Below, one piece after another: positions 9,867-19,676 of a stretch of DNA of 64,000 nt; within the stretch, counting starts at the first letter, position 1, and the number at the start of each line of letters is the position of its first letter. The notes under the pieces are model-generated. The model saw only the letters and a list, made by a program, of their open reading frames with translations. It searched no databases and had not been told where the DNA came from. Origin of the DNA: Bacteroidota bacterium (GTDB taxonomy: Bacteria; Bacteroidota; Bacteroidia; Flavobacteriales_F; PHOS-HE28); NCBI GenBank assembly GCA_018267055.1, contig JAFDZF010000061.1, positions 24,739-88,738 on the forward strand, read 5' to 3'. The translations under genes were made by a program, and so were the position numbers.

Positions 9867-9916
9867 CGAAGACCATACTGATCCCCGCGCCGGTGCGTTA
9901 CCCCCACAGGAACATC

Positions 9917-10786
9917 ATGACGCTTTTGTCCCGATCCGCCCCCCTTCGGATCGTGCCGGTCCTGCTTTTGGTCGCCGTGTCCGCGTGCAAGAAGGACGGC
10001 GGGACCCCGGCCTACATCCAGCTGACGCCGGCCGTGGTGCGTGCCGCCAACGGCGATACCATCTCCTCCAAGATCACCGACCTGTGGGTGTACGTGGACG
10101 ACCAGCCCGCGGGGGTATGGGAGAGCGGCCGGCGCGTGCCACTGCTGGGCAGCGGCACCTCCAACGTGAAGCTCATCGCCGGCGTGCGCAAGGACGGTGT
10201 GACGAACGACCGCATCCAATACCCCTTCTACGCCACGTGGTCGCAGGACCTGGCCCTGGTGCCCGAACAGGCCCTGACGGTGGCGCCGGTGTTCCATTAC
10301 TTCGAGGGGGTGGACATCTGGCTGCAGGATTTCGAGGCGGGCTTCCAGCTCGACACGGTGGACAGCAAGACCGACATCGTGACGGTGCCGGCCGATGGCT
10401 CGCTCGTGGGCCAGGGGGACTTCTCGGGCGCCATCACGCTCGATGCCCAGCATGACGTGTTCAAGTGCGTGAGCGGGGGCGATCCCTTCCTGGTGCCCAA
10501 CGGCACGGCCGCCTTCCTGGAGATGGACTACCGCAGCGACACGCGGATGCTGGTGGGCGTGCGCTACTCGGTGAGCGGCGTGCCGTATGAGGCGGCCCAT
10601 GTGTACGTGGCCCCCACGGGGACCTCGCCGGGCAATTGGACCTGGAACAAGATCTACATCGACCTGGCCTCCCCCTGGGGAGTGACGGGCGCCGTGGAGA
10701 AGCGGTTCTACATCCGGGCGCAGCTCGAGAACGGGGCCACGAGCGGCCATATCGAGCTGGACAACGTCAAGCTGGTAAGACCCTGA
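9917..10786 (+). CDS. Hypothetical lipoprotein
   Basis: Lipobox-like LLLVAVSAC after the internal ATG 9917. Overlaps or abuts its neighbours (9863/9866 and 10786/10789), which suggests an operon with the sugar transferase. Confidence 0.6.
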   Translation: MTLLSRSAPLRIVPVLLLVAVSACKKDGGTPAYIQLTPAVVRAANGDTISSKITDLWVYVDDQPAGVWESGRRVPLLGSGTSNVKLIAGVRKDGVTNDRIQYPFYATWSQDLALVPEQALTVAPVFHYFEGVDIWLQDFEAGFQLDTVDSKTDIVTVPADGSLVGQGDFSGAITLDAQHDVFKCVSGGDPFLVPNGTAAFLEMDYRSDTRMLVGVRYSVSGVPYEAAHVYVAPTGTSPGNWTWNKIYIDLASPWGVTGAVEKRFYIRAQLENGATSGHIELDNVKLVRP

Positions 10787-10788
10787 CG

Positions 10789-12204
10789 ATGGACAAGCGC
10801 GCCCAGGTGACGAAGTACGTGGTGGCCGACCTGCTCGGCACCGCCCTGGCCTGGACCCTGTTCTATCTCTTCCGCAAGGCCTACCTGGAGCCGATCAAGT
10901 TCGGGTACAAGGTGCCGGTGACGCTGGACAGCAATTACTGGCTCGGCCTGGTCCTCATCCCCGTGTTCTGGTGCGGCCTCTTCCTGGTGATCGGGGGCTA
11001 CGCGGACATCTACCGGCGCTACCGCATCAAGGAGCTGGGGCAGACGCTGCTGATCGCGCTGATCGGCTCGATGGTGATCTTCTTCGCGCTGCTGCTGGAC
11101 GACACGGTGGCGGAGCCGCGCTACTACTACCGGTCGTTCACCGCGCTCTTCCTGCTGGACTTCGGCATCCTCTTCCTGCTGCGCATCGTGCTCACGAGCC
11201 GCACGGTGCGCCAGGTGCACGACCGCCGGATCGGCTTCAACACGGTGCTGGTGGGCGGCAACGAGCGCGCGGTGGCCATCCACCAGGAGATCGAGGGCAT
11301 GCCGAAGTCGCCGGGCAACCGGTTCGTAGGCTTCGTGAACGTGAACGGGGGCGACCAGCAGCTGGCGGGCGTGGGCGTGCCGCGGCTGGGCAAGTGGCAC
11401 GAGCTGCGCGCGCTGATCCCCCAGCACGGCGTGGAAGAGGCCATCATCGCGGTGGAGAGCGGCGAGCACGAGCACATCAGCCGCATCCTGAACGAGCTGG
11501 AGGGCACGCAGGTGCGCATCAAGATCATCCCGGACATGTACGACATCATGGCCGGCAGCGTGAAGATGACCAGCATCTTCGGCGCCCCGCTGATCGAGGT
11601 GAACCCGCAGATCATGCCGGCGTGGCAGTTCGCCATCAAGCGGGCGATCGACGTGGCCTTCAGCGCGCTGGCCCTGGCGCTGCTCTCGCCCTTCATGCTG
11701 GTGGTGGCCGTGCTGGTGAAAGCCTCCTCCCCGGGCCCCGTGCTCTTCCGCCAGGAACGGGTGGGCCTGCAGCAGCGGCCCTTCCGCATCATCAAGTTCC
11801 GCAGCATGGTGGCCGACGCCGAGCGCAACGGCCCGCAGCTCAGCAGCGCCACCGACCCGCGCATCACCCCCATCGGCCGCTTCCTGCGCCGCACGCGCAT
11901 GGACGAGCTGCCCCAGTTCTGGAACGTGCTGAAGGGCGACATGAGCCTGGTGGGCCCCCGCCCGGAGCGCCAGCACTTCATCGACGAGATCACCCGGGTG
12001 GCCCCCCACTACCGCCACCTGCACAAGGTGCGGCCCGGCATCACCAGCTGGGGGCAGGTCAAGTTCGGCTATGCGGAGAACGTGGACCAGATGGTGCGCC
12101 GCCTGAAGTACGACATCCTCTACATCGAGAACATGAGCCTGGCGGTGGACCTGAAGATCCTGGCCTATACGCTGCTCATCATCCTCAAGGGGGACGGGAA
12201 GTAA
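10789..12204 (+). CDS. Polyprenyl-phosphate glycosylphosphotransferase (WbaP/EpsB-like priming sugar transferase)
   Basis: Multi-TM N-terminus plus C-terminal bacterial sugar-transferase motifs PGPVLFRQERVG...IIKFRSM...DELPQFWNVLKGDMSLVGPRP. Start at ATG 10789. Confidence 0.9.
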   Translation: MDKRAQVTKYVVADLLGTALAWTLFYLFRKAYLEPIKFGYKVPVTLDSNYWLGLVLIPVFWCGLFLVIGGYADIYRRYRIKELGQTLLIALIGSMVIFFALLLDDTVAEPRYYYRSFTALFLLDFGILFLLRIVLTSRTVRQVHDRRIGFNTVLVGGNERAVAIHQEIEGMPKSPGNRFVGFVNVNGGDQQLAGVGVPRLGKWHELRALIPQHGVEEAIIAVESGEHEHISRILNELEGTQVRIKIIPDMYDIMAGSVKMTSIFGAPLIEVNPQIMPAWQFAIKRAIDVAFSALALALLSPFMLVVAVLVKASSPGPVLFRQERVGLQQRPFRIIKFRSMVADAERNGPQLSSATDPRITPIGRFLRRTRMDELPQFWNVLKGDMSLVGPRPERQHFIDEITRVAPHYRHLHKVRPGITSWGQVKFGYAENVDQMVRRLKYDILYIENMSLAVDLKILAYTLLIILKGDGK

Positions 12205-12211
12205 GGTCCGT

Positions 12212-12266
12212 GGTCGGCAGGGGCAATGGGCAATTGGCATTCCACTGCCTACTGCCCCTGCCGACC
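12212..12266 (+). repeat. Perfect 14-bp inverted repeat with a 27-nt spacer (terminator or regulatory hairpin)
   Basis: GGTCGGCAGGGGCA (12212-12225) and TGCCCCTGCCGACC (12253-12266). GCCTACTG is duplicated on either side of the 3' arm. It lies between the transferase stop and the hbd start. Confidence 0.55.
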
Positions 12267-12300
12267 GCCTACTGTCGGAGACCCCTACTTTCGCCGCCGC

Positions 12301-13194
12301 ATGAAGCACATTTCCGTCATCGGTGCCGGCCAGATGGGCAACGGCATCGCGCACGTCTTCGCCCAGAGCGGATATCCGGTCACCCTCATCGACATCGCGC
12401 AGGACCGGCTGGACAAGGCCGTGGCCACCATCACCAAGAACCTGGACCGCCAGGTGGCGAAGGGCACGCTGACCGAGGCGCAGAAGGCCGCCGCACTGGC
12501 GCATGTGGCCACCTCCACCGACATGGCCACCGGTGTGCAGGGTGCCGACCTGGTGGTGGAGGCCGCCACGGAGAACGTGGATCTGAAGCTCCGCATCTTC
12601 AAGGACATCGACGCGCATGCGCCGGCATCGGCGATCCTGGCCACCAACACGAGCAGCATCAGCATCACGCGCATCGCCGCCGTCACCGGCCGCCCCGGCC
12701 AGGTCATCGGCATGCACTTCATGAACCCCGTGCCGGTGATGAAGCTGGTGGAGGTGATCCGCGGCTACAACACCACCGATGCGGTGACCAGGGCCATCAT
12801 GGACCTGAGCACGGCCATCGGCAAGACGCCGGTGGAGGTGAACGACTACGCGGGCTTCGTGGCCAACCGGATCCTGATGCCCATGATCAACGAGGCCATC
12901 CAGACGCTGTTCCAGGGCGTGGGCGGCGTGGCCGAGATCGACACGGTGATGAAGCTGGGCATGGCACACCCCATGGGGCCCCTGCAGCTGGCCGACTTCA
13001 TCGGCCTGGATACCTGCCTGGCGATCATGCGCGTGCTGCAGGAGGGCTTCGGCGACCCGAAGTACGCCCCCTGCCCGCTGCTGGTGCAGATGGTGACCGC
13101 GGGCAAGCTGGGCGTGAAGAGCGGCGAAGGCTTCTACGCCTACACGCCCGGCAGCAAGGACCTGGTGGTGGCACCGGCGTTCGCGCGCGGCTAG
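12301..13194 (+). CDS. hbd: 3-hydroxybutyryl-CoA / 3-hydroxyacyl-CoA dehydrogenase
   Basis: ISVIGAGQMGNGIAHV NAD motif, NTSSISIT, and HFMNPVPVMKLVEV. Start at ATG 12301. Confidence 0.9.
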   Translation: MKHISVIGAGQMGNGIAHVFAQSGYPVTLIDIAQDRLDKAVATITKNLDRQVAKGTLTEAQKAAALAHVATSTDMATGVQGADLVVEAATENVDLKLRIFKDIDAHAPASAILATNTSSISITRIAAVTGRPGQVIGMHFMNPVPVMKLVEVIRGYNTTDAVTRAIMDLSTAIGKTPVEVNDYAGFVANRILMPMINEAIQTLFQGVGGVAEIDTVMKLGMAHPMGPLQLADFIGLDTCLAIMRVLQEGFGDPKYAPCPLLVQMVTAGKLGVKSGEGFYAYTPGSKDLVVAPAFARG

Positions 13195-13201
13195 GCAGGC
13201 C

Positions 13202-13729
13202 ATGACCATCCGCCCCGCGACCCGGGACGATATCCCGGCCATCCGCACCATCGCCCATGCCGCCTGGCCCGTGGCCTATGGCACCATCCTCACCCCTGCC
13301 CAGCTCGCCTACATGCTGGAGCGGATGTACAGCACGGCCGCCCTCACGGAGCAGATGACCGGGCAGGGACATGCCTTCCTGCTCGCCGAGGAACACGGCA
13401 CGGCCTTCGGTTTCGCATCCTTCAGTGTCCACTACGAAGGCCGGCCGCACACGCGGCTGCACAAGCTCTACCTGCTTCCCCGGCACAAGGGCACGGGCGC
13501 CGGGAAGGCCCTGCTGGAGCACGTGGCCGGGGCCGGACAGGCCGCCGGGGACGGCATCCTGCAGCTGAACGTGAACCGCCACAACCCGTCCGTGGGCTTC
13601 TACCAGCGCCAGGGCTTCGCCATCGTGCGGGAGGAGGTGCTCGACATCGGCAGCGGCTACGTGATGGACGACTTCGTCATGGAACGGACGCTCCGGGGCA
13701 ACAGCCCCCGTGTACCTTCGGGTGCATGA
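13202..13729 (+). CDS. GNAT family N-acetyltransferase
   Basis: IRPATRDDIPAI..., an acetyl-CoA loop region (RHKGTGAGKALL), and FYQRQGF. Confidence 0.8.
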   Translation: MTIRPATRDDIPAIRTIAHAAWPVAYGTILTPAQLAYMLERMYSTAALTEQMTGQGHAFLLAEEHGTAFGFASFSVHYEGRPHTRLHKLYLLPRHKGTGAGKALLEHVAGAGQAAGDGILQLNVNRHNPSVGFYQRQGFAIVREEVLDIGSGYVMDDFVMERTLRGNSPRVPSGA

Positions 13730-14214
13730 AGCTCCGCGCCCCGCTCCCCCTGGCCGCCCTGATGCTCGCCGGTATCGGCGGCTGCGCCTCCCCTCCGACC
13801 GCACCCGGGGCCACCGCTCCGGACAGCACCGCCGTAAGCGACCTCTGCTACCGGAAGGTCACCACCGCACCCGCATCCATCAGCGGCACGGACACCATCC
13901 CTGGAACGACCGACTCGCTCATCGTCCGCCTGCACATCACGGGCGACCACGTCACCGGGGAGATGAGCCGGTTGCCCGGCGAGCGGGACCGCATGACCGG
14001 CACCCTGGTGGGGACCTTGCAGGGATCGCGCATCGTGGCCGTGTACCGCTACACGGCGGAGGGCCTCACGGCCAAGGAGGAGAAGATCATGCGCATCAGC
14101 GCCGATGGCCTCCACCTGAAGAACGGCGAACTGGAGGAGCGGGAAGGCATCTGGACCTTGAAGGACACGGCCACCGCGTACACGGAGGTGGTCCCGCTCG
14201 TGCCCTGCCGCTGA
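13726..14214 (+). CDS. Hypothetical lipoprotein
   Basis: Lipobox LAGIGGC. ATGA overlap with the GNAT gene. Confidence 0.6.
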   Translation: MKLRAPLPLAALMLAGIGGCASPPTAPGATAPDSTAVSDLCYRKVTTAPASISGTDTIPGTTDSLIVRLHITGDHVTGEMSRLPGERDRMTGTLVGTLQGSRIVAVYRYTAEGLTAKEEKIMRISADGLHLKNGELEEREGIWTLKDTATAYTEVVPLVPCR

Positions 14215-14221
14215 GCGGTCC

Positions 14222-14971
14222 TCAGTCGACGGATGCCTGGGGCAGCGACAGGCCGTAGCGCTTGTAGAGGCGTGCCTTGCGCTTCTCCAGGCGGGCCTGG
14301 GCCTTCTCGGTGCGCGCGGCGCGCGGCGCGGTGGCCAGCTCACCGTTCTCGATGCGGCGCACGATGCTCTCCACCACCTGGTCGTCGCCATTGGGGTCGT
14401 AATCGTCCTTCAGGTCGTTCCCGAAGAGCTTCGCCACGCCCTGCCACATCCAGGCCTGGAAGGAGCCGCGCAGCTGCTTCACCAGGTCGTAGCTGGTGTG
14501 GCCGGTCTCGCGATCGATCAGCTTGATGAGCACCCGTCCCTGGCTCATGGTCATGTTCTTCACCTCCTCCTCGAACTCGGCGCGCAGCTCGGCCTCGGCC
14601 AGCTTGATGTAGAGGTCCTTGTCCTTCTCGCGCGTCATGCCGGCCATGTCGTGCTCGTACTCGGCCAGCAGCTGGGCCGTAACGCGGGCGTACGGATAGA
14701 CCTTGACCACGTTGCGGGTGAGGCGGTCCAGCTTCTCCACCTTGCGGCGGAGCTGCGCATCCATCACGGCCTCCACGCGCAGGTCGGGCAGCATGTACAT
14801 CGGGATGGTATCGCCATCCTCCACGACCACGGGCACCAGCGCCGGGCCTTGCGCCCGGGCGGGCAGCACCCCGGCCAGAAGGCACCCCAATACGAAGGTC
14901 CGTACAGCGTTCACGTCCAGAAGGTCCTGAAGGTCAAGACAAAGGTAGGAACGCAGCGGGCGCGCGTCCAT
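14222..14971 (-). CDS. DUF4294-like secreted protein
   Basis: The motif block MSQGRVLIKLIDRETGHTSYDLVKQLRGSFQAWMWQ matches my memory of the Bacteroidota DUF4294 family. The start is uncertain; a GTG near 14914 is possible. Confidence 0.6.
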   Translation of the reverse strand: MDARPLRSYLCLDLQDLLDVNAVRTFVLGCLLAGVLPARAQGPALVPVVVEDGDTIPMYMLPDLRVEAVMDAQLRRKVEKLDRLTRNVVKVYPYARVTAQLLAEYEHDMAGMTREKDKDLYIKLAEAELRAEFEEEVKNMTMSQGRVLIKLIDRETGHTSYDLVKQLRGSFQAWMWQGVAKLFGNDLKDDYDPNGDDQVVESIVRRIENGELATAPRAARTEKAQARLEKRKARLYKRYGLSLPQASVD

Positions 14972-14989
14972 TGCGCCCCTTCTACCGGA

Positions 14990-16489
14990 TCAGCCCCGGC
15001 GGAGTTTCCAGCGCGAGGGTGCGGACGGCGGGGCGGGTACAACGGTCCGGTCCCGCTCCTGCTGCAGGTGGGCGGCCACGAGCGCTGCGGCCTCCCGCTC
15101 GCCCGGGTCGTCGCCGGCCAGCAGCTCCGGCTTGAAATGGTCGCGCACGAAATGGGTGTCGTACGCGCCGCTGCGGAAGCTGGGATGGCCCATCACGAAG
15201 CGGCAGAACGGCAGGGTGGTCTCCACCCCGGCGATGGCGTAATCGTCGATGGCGCGCTCCATGCGCTGGACGGCCTCTTCACGCGTGGCCCCGTGGACGA
15301 TCAGCTTGGCGATCATCGGGTCGTAGAAGATCGGGATGGACATGCCTTCCTCGAAGCCATCGTCCACGCGGACGCCCAGGCCCTGCGGTGGGCGGTAGGT
15401 GGTGAGGGTGCCGATGTCGGGCAGGAAGTTGTTCGTGGGGTCCTCCGCGTACACCCGCACCTCGATGGCATGGCCCTGGATCCTCAGGTCGTCCTGCGTG
15501 AAGGACAGCTGCTCGCCGCGTGCCACCTTGATCTGCTCCTTCACCAGGTCCAGCCCGCTGATCATCTCCGTGACGGGATGCTCCACCTGCAAGCGCGTGT
15601 TCATCTCCATGAAGTAGAAGCCGCCCTGCTCGTCGAGGAGGAACTCCACGGTGCCCGCGCCGACGTACCGCACGCTTTGGGCCACGGCCACCGCGGCCTC
15701 GCCCATCCGCTTCCGGAGGGCGGGCGTGAGCACGGCGCTGGGGGCCTCTTCCACCACCTTCTGGTGGCGGCGCTGGATGCTGCACTCGCGCTCGAACACG
15801 TACACGGTGTTGCCGTGCGTATCGGCCAGCACCTGCACCTCGATGTGCCGCGGTCCCGCCACGTACTTCTCGATGAACACGCTGCCATCGCCGAAGGCGT
15901 TCTGCGCTTCGCTGATGGCGCGCTCCAGGCCTTCCTTCAGTTCGTCCTCCGCGTTCACCACGCGCATGCCCTTGCCTCCCCCGCCGGCCGCGGCCTTGAT
16001 GAGGATGGGGAACGTGATCGTCCTCGCCACGCGCAAGGCCTCGTCCAGGTCGCTCACGGCCCCCTCGGTACCCGGCACCAGCGGCACGCCGAAACCTTTC
16101 ACGGCCTCCTTGGCGGCCAGCTTGTCGCCCATCACGTGCATGGCTTCGGGCGACGGTCCGATGAAGAGGACGCCCGCCTGCTCCAAGGCCTTGCAGAAGT
16201 CGCCGTTCTCGCTGAGGAAGCCGTAGCCGGGATGCACCGCGTCCACCTGCAGGTCCTTGCACACCTGCACCAGCCGGTCGATCACCAAATAGCTTTCCTT
16301 GCTGGGCGCGGGCCCGATGTGCACGGCCTCATCGGCGAAGCGCACGAAGGGCGCGTTGCGATCGGCATCGGAGTACACGGCCACGGTGCGGATGCCCATC
16401 TCGCGGGCGGAGCGCATCACGCGCAGGGCGATCTCACCGCGGTTGGCGACCAGGATCTTCCCGATCGGACGGACAGGCCTTTTGCTCAT
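14990..16489 (-). CDS. accC: Biotin carboxylase subunit of acetyl-CoA (acyl-CoA) carboxylase
   Basis: ILVANRGEIALRV, GGGGKGMRVV and EMNTRLQVEHPVTE. Start at the internal ATG 16489 (MSKRPVRPIGK). Confidence 0.9.
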   Translation of the reverse strand: MSKRPVRPIGKILVANRGEIALRVMRSAREMGIRTVAVYSDADRNAPFVRFADEAVHIGPAPSKESYLVIDRLVQVCKDLQVDAVHPGYGFLSENGDFCKALEQAGVLFIGPSPEAMHVMGDKLAAKEAVKGFGVPLVPGTEGAVSDLDEALRVARTITFPILIKAAAGGGGKGMRVVNAEDELKEGLERAISEAQNAFGDGSVFIEKYVAGPRHIEVQVLADTHGNTVYVFERECSIQRRHQKVVEEAPSAVLTPALRKRMGEAAVAVAQSVRYVGAGTVEFLLDEQGGFYFMEMNTRLQVEHPVTEMISGLDLVKEQIKVARGEQLSFTQDDLRIQGHAIEVRVYAEDPTNNFLPDIGTLTTYRPPQGLGVRVDDGFEEGMSIPIFYDPMIAKLIVHGATREEAVQRMERAIDDYAIAGVETTLPFCRFVMGHPSFRSGAYDTHFVRDHFKPELLAGDDPGEREAAALVAAHLQQERDRTVVPAPPSAPSRWKLRRG

Positions 16490-16691
16490 GGTGGGGGCTT
16501 CCTCGGAACGGCCCTTGCCACGGGGCGGACCAGGGGGCGAAGATGCGGAACGCATCGGATCGGATGCATGGGCAGGGATATCTTCGCGACGACCGTCTTC
16601 CCGATCATGAGGCAGGCGGCGGCCGGATGCGGATCGTACGCGCGCGTTCCTCCGGCCTTCACCCGGAACCTGATAGCCCTTCGACGCATAG

Positions 16692-18929
16692 ATGACCCAC
16701 CTCCCCGCCCTGATCGCTGACCTTGGTCTGATCCTTTCCGTGGCCGCCGTGACCACGCTGGTGTTCAAGAAGATCAAGCAGCCCCTGGTGCTGGGCTACA
16801 TCATCGCGGGCGTGCTGGTCGGGCCGCACGTGGGGTTCATCCCCACGGTGATCGATGAGGCGAGCATCAGCGTGTGGTCCGAGATCGGCGTGATCTTCCT
16901 GCTGTTCAGCCTGGGGCTGGAGTTCAGCTTCAAGAAGGTGGCCCAGGTGGGCGGCACGGCGAGCGTCACCACGATCACCACGGTGGTCTTCATGCTGGCG
17001 GCGGGCTACTTCACCGGGCATTTCCTAGGCTGGGGCACGATGGACAGCATCTTCCTCGGCGGCATCCTCTCCATTTCCTCCACCACCATCATCATCCGCG
17101 CGTTCGAGGAGCTGGGCCTGAAGACGCAGGGCTTCGCCGGCCTGGTGTTCGGCGTGCTGGTGATCGAGGACCTGGTGGCCATCCTGCTGCTGGTGCTGCT
17201 GAGCACGGTGGCGGTGAGCCAGCATTTCTCCGGCGGGGCCATGCTGATGGAGCTGGGCAAGCTGGGCTTCTTCCTCATCCTGTGGTTCGCGGGGGGCATC
17301 TTCCTCATCCCCACCATCCTCACCCGCACCCGGAAGCTGATGAACGACGAGACCCTGCTGGTGGTGTCCATCGCGCTGTGCCTCACCATGGTGTTCCTGG
17401 CCGTGGAGGCCGGCTTCAGCGCCCCGCTCGGCGCGTTCATCATGGGCTCGCTGCTGGCGGAGACGGTGTTCGCCGAGCGCATCGAGCACCTGGTGAAGCC
17501 GGTGAAGGACCTGTTCGGGGCCATCTTCTTCGTGTCCGTGGGCATGCTGATCGATCCCGGCGTGCTGGTGACGCACTGGCTGCCGGTGCTCGTGCTGTCC
17601 CTGGTGGTGCTGGTGGGCCAGCCGATGAGCAGCATGGCCGGCGCCCTGCTCGCCGGGCAGCCGCTGCGGCGGTCCGTGCGGGCGGGCATGAGCCTCTCGC
17701 AGATCGGCGAGTTCTCGTTCATCATCGCCACGTTGGGCATGTCCCTGGGCGTCACCAGCGACTTCCTCTACCCCATCGCCGTGGCGGTCTCGGCCATCAC
17801 CACGTTCACCACGCCCTACATGATCAAGCTGTCCGCGCCGTTCGCGGACATGCTGGAGCGGGCGCTGCCGCAACGCTGGACCCAGGCGATCGAGCAGTAC
17901 AGCAGCCAGACCGACCGCGTGAAGGCCACCAGCGACTGGCGCACGCTGCTGCGCTCCTACATCGTCAACGTGGCCATCTTCTCCGTGCTGTCGCTGGCGG
18001 TCATCATGCTCGGGGGGCCCTACCTCGCCCAGCTCTTCGGCGACGGGTTCATGGGCCTGAGCGGCCGCGTACTGGCGGGGCTGATGACCCTGGTGCTGGT
18101 GCTCCCCTTCATCTGGGCCATGTCCTTCCGCCGGATCAAGCGCGCCGCCTACCGCCACCTGTGGCTGAACAAGCGCCAGCTGCGCGGCCCCCTGGTGACC
18201 ATCGAGCTGGTGCGCGTGCTGGCGGCGGTGCTGATGCTGGTGCTGCTGGTGAACGAGTTCTTCAGCACGGGCTGGGCCCTGCTGGCCGCGGTGGTCTTCA
18301 CGGTGCTGGTGACGATCGTCTTCCGCCGCCGCCTGCACGCGTTCTACCTGCGCATGGAGGACCGCTTCTTCACCAACCTGAACCAGCGCGAGCAGCAGAA
18401 GAAGCGCACGGACCTGGCCCCCTGGGACATGCACCTGGCCGAGCTGGAGGTGAAAGCGGAGTCCATCGTGGTGGGCCGCAGCCTGCTGGAACTGGGGCTG
18501 CGCGAGAAGCACGGCGTGAACATCGTGCTGATCGAGCGGGGCGATCGCACCATCCCCGCCCCCAGCCGGGACGAGCGCCTGCTGCCCGGCGACAACCTGC
18601 TCATCATCGGCACCGACGAACAGCTCGTGGACCTCAACCGGACGCTGGACACGATGATCCCGGACGATACGCCGAAGCCGCTGCAGAAGGAGAGCATCCG
18701 CCTGGAGAAGTACCGCGTGCTGCCCCGGTCGCCCCTCATCGGGCAGACGATCAGCAGCACGGGACTGCGCAAGAAGGGCGGCGCCCTCGTGGCCGGCATC
18801 GAACGGGGCGAACAGCGGATGATGAACCCCGAGAGCAGCCTCACCTTCGAACAGAACGACCTGGTCTGGCTGGTGGGCGACGCGGACCACATCCACGGCT
18901 TCATGGAAGGGAAGGCGTCACGGGAGTGA
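16692..18929 (+). CDS. CPA2-family cation:proton antiporter with two C-terminal RCK_C (TrkA-C) domains
   Basis: About 12 TM segments (LVLGYIIAGVLVGP...). Two repeats of the type VVGRSLLELGLREKHGVNIVLIERG / LIGQTISSTGLRKKGGALVAGIERG. Confidence 0.85.
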   Translation: MTHLPALIADLGLILSVAAVTTLVFKKIKQPLVLGYIIAGVLVGPHVGFIPTVIDEASISVWSEIGVIFLLFSLGLEFSFKKVAQVGGTASVTTITTVVFMLAAGYFTGHFLGWGTMDSIFLGGILSISSTTIIIRAFEELGLKTQGFAGLVFGVLVIEDLVAILLLVLLSTVAVSQHFSGGAMLMELGKLGFFLILWFAGGIFLIPTILTRTRKLMNDETLLVVSIALCLTMVFLAVEAGFSAPLGAFIMGSLLAETVFAERIEHLVKPVKDLFGAIFFVSVGMLIDPGVLVTHWLPVLVLSLVVLVGQPMSSMAGALLAGQPLRRSVRAGMSLSQIGEFSFIIATLGMSLGVTSDFLYPIAVAVSAITTFTTPYMIKLSAPFADMLERALPQRWTQAIEQYSSQTDRVKATSDWRTLLRSYIVNVAIFSVLSLAVIMLGGPYLAQLFGDGFMGLSGRVLAGLMTLVLVLPFIWAMSFRRIKRAAYRHLWLNKRQLRGPLVTIELVRVLAAVLMLVLLVNEFFSTGWALLAAVVFTVLVTIVFRRRLHAFYLRMEDRFFTNLNQREQQKKRTDLAPWDMHLAELEVKAESIVVGRSLLELGLREKHGVNIVLIERGDRTIPAPSRDERLLPGDNLLIIGTDEQLVDLNRTLDTMIPDDTPKPLQKESIRLEKYRVLPRSPLIGQTISSTGLRKKGGALVAGIERGEQRMMNPESSLTFEQNDLVWLVGDADHIHGFMEGKASRE

Positions 18930-18954
18930 CGGCGCGGCGTACCGCCGCATTCCT

Positions 18955-19641
18955 CTACCCTTCCCGACCCGCCCAGAACATGGCGAGGGCGGGCAGCAGG
19001 AGCCCGGGATCCACGCGGTCCACCGGATGCTTGGTGCGCGGCAGGATGAGCACGCCCGCATCGCGCATCCGTGCAGCGGCCCGGAGCGCATCGGCCGGCA
19101 GGGCCGTATCGTCCTGGTCGCCCGCGCAGATCAACACCGGGCACTCCACCCGGGCGAGCACGTCCGGCGTGAGCATCGGCGCATGGAAATCCCGGGACAC
19201 GAGGTCGGCGGTGGCCTTCACCAGGTAACGCCAGCGGGGATCGCCATGATCGGCGGCAAGCCGTTCCGCATACTTGGGCACGTGCTTCGCGATGGCGTCG
19301 GCATCCAGGCGCTGCAACAGGGCCTCCAGGCCGGCGGTATCCCACAGCAGCTTGCTCCCGAGGGTGACCACGCTCGCGACCCGCTCCGGATGCCGCGCGG
19401 CATAGCACAGGGCCGCATAGCCGCCCATGCTGTAACCGAACAAGTGGACCATCCCTTCGTTGGCCCTTGCGGCGTCGATATCCGAGAGGAAATGTTCGTA
19501 CGACAGGCCTTCCGCCGGGATGACGCTTCGGCCGTGGCCGGTGAGCTCGATGCACCGCACGGCCCGCGGGGCGAGCCGTTCCGCAAGGGGCTTCAGTTGC
19601 TCGGCGTTCCCGAGCGCGCCGTGGATCAGCAGGAGGTCCAT
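18955..19641 (-). CDS. Alpha/beta-fold hydrolase
   Basis: HG oxyanion motif (LLLIHGALG), nucleophile elbow GYSMGG, and a C-terminal His region. Start at the internal ATG 19641. Confidence 0.75.
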   Translation of the reverse strand: MDLLLIHGALGNAEQLKPLAERLAPRAVRCIELTGHGRSVIPAEGLSYEHFLSDIDAARANEGMVHLFGYSMGGYAALCYAARHPERVASVVTLGSKLLWDTAGLEALLQRLDADAIAKHVPKYAERLAADHGDPRWRYLVKATADLVSRDFHAPMLTPDVLARVECPVLICAGDQDDTALPADALRAAARMRDAGVLILPRTKHPVDRVDPGLLLPALAMFWAGREG

Positions 19642-19676
19642 GTGCCCCACGTGCTTATCGGTCCATGGGCGACCGG

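Noticed and set aside
10708-13251. 847-aa minus-strand ORF, together with the 744-aa plus-strand alternate-frame ORF at 10971-13205.
   Set aside because: They overlap the sugar transferase, hbd and GNAT genes in antisense or an alternate frame. Their R/P/G/A-rich translations have no domains.
16490-16691. 200-nt divergent spacer between accC and the antiporter, considered as a riboswitch or ncRNA.
   Set aside because: I found no convincing conserved-looking stem architecture, tRNA-like fold or known riboswitch core by eye. It is most simply a pair of divergent promoters.
14498-16720. 740-aa plus-strand ORF opposite accC, and similar cases (16874-19228, 17025-18896, 19665-21005, 20910-22775, 23733-25484, 31407-33674, 37544-39316, 39898-42195, 43718-45442, 42261-43781).
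   Set aside because: All are alternate-frame or antisense shadows of genes with strong family signatures. None shows a signal peptide, TM pattern or catalytic motif.
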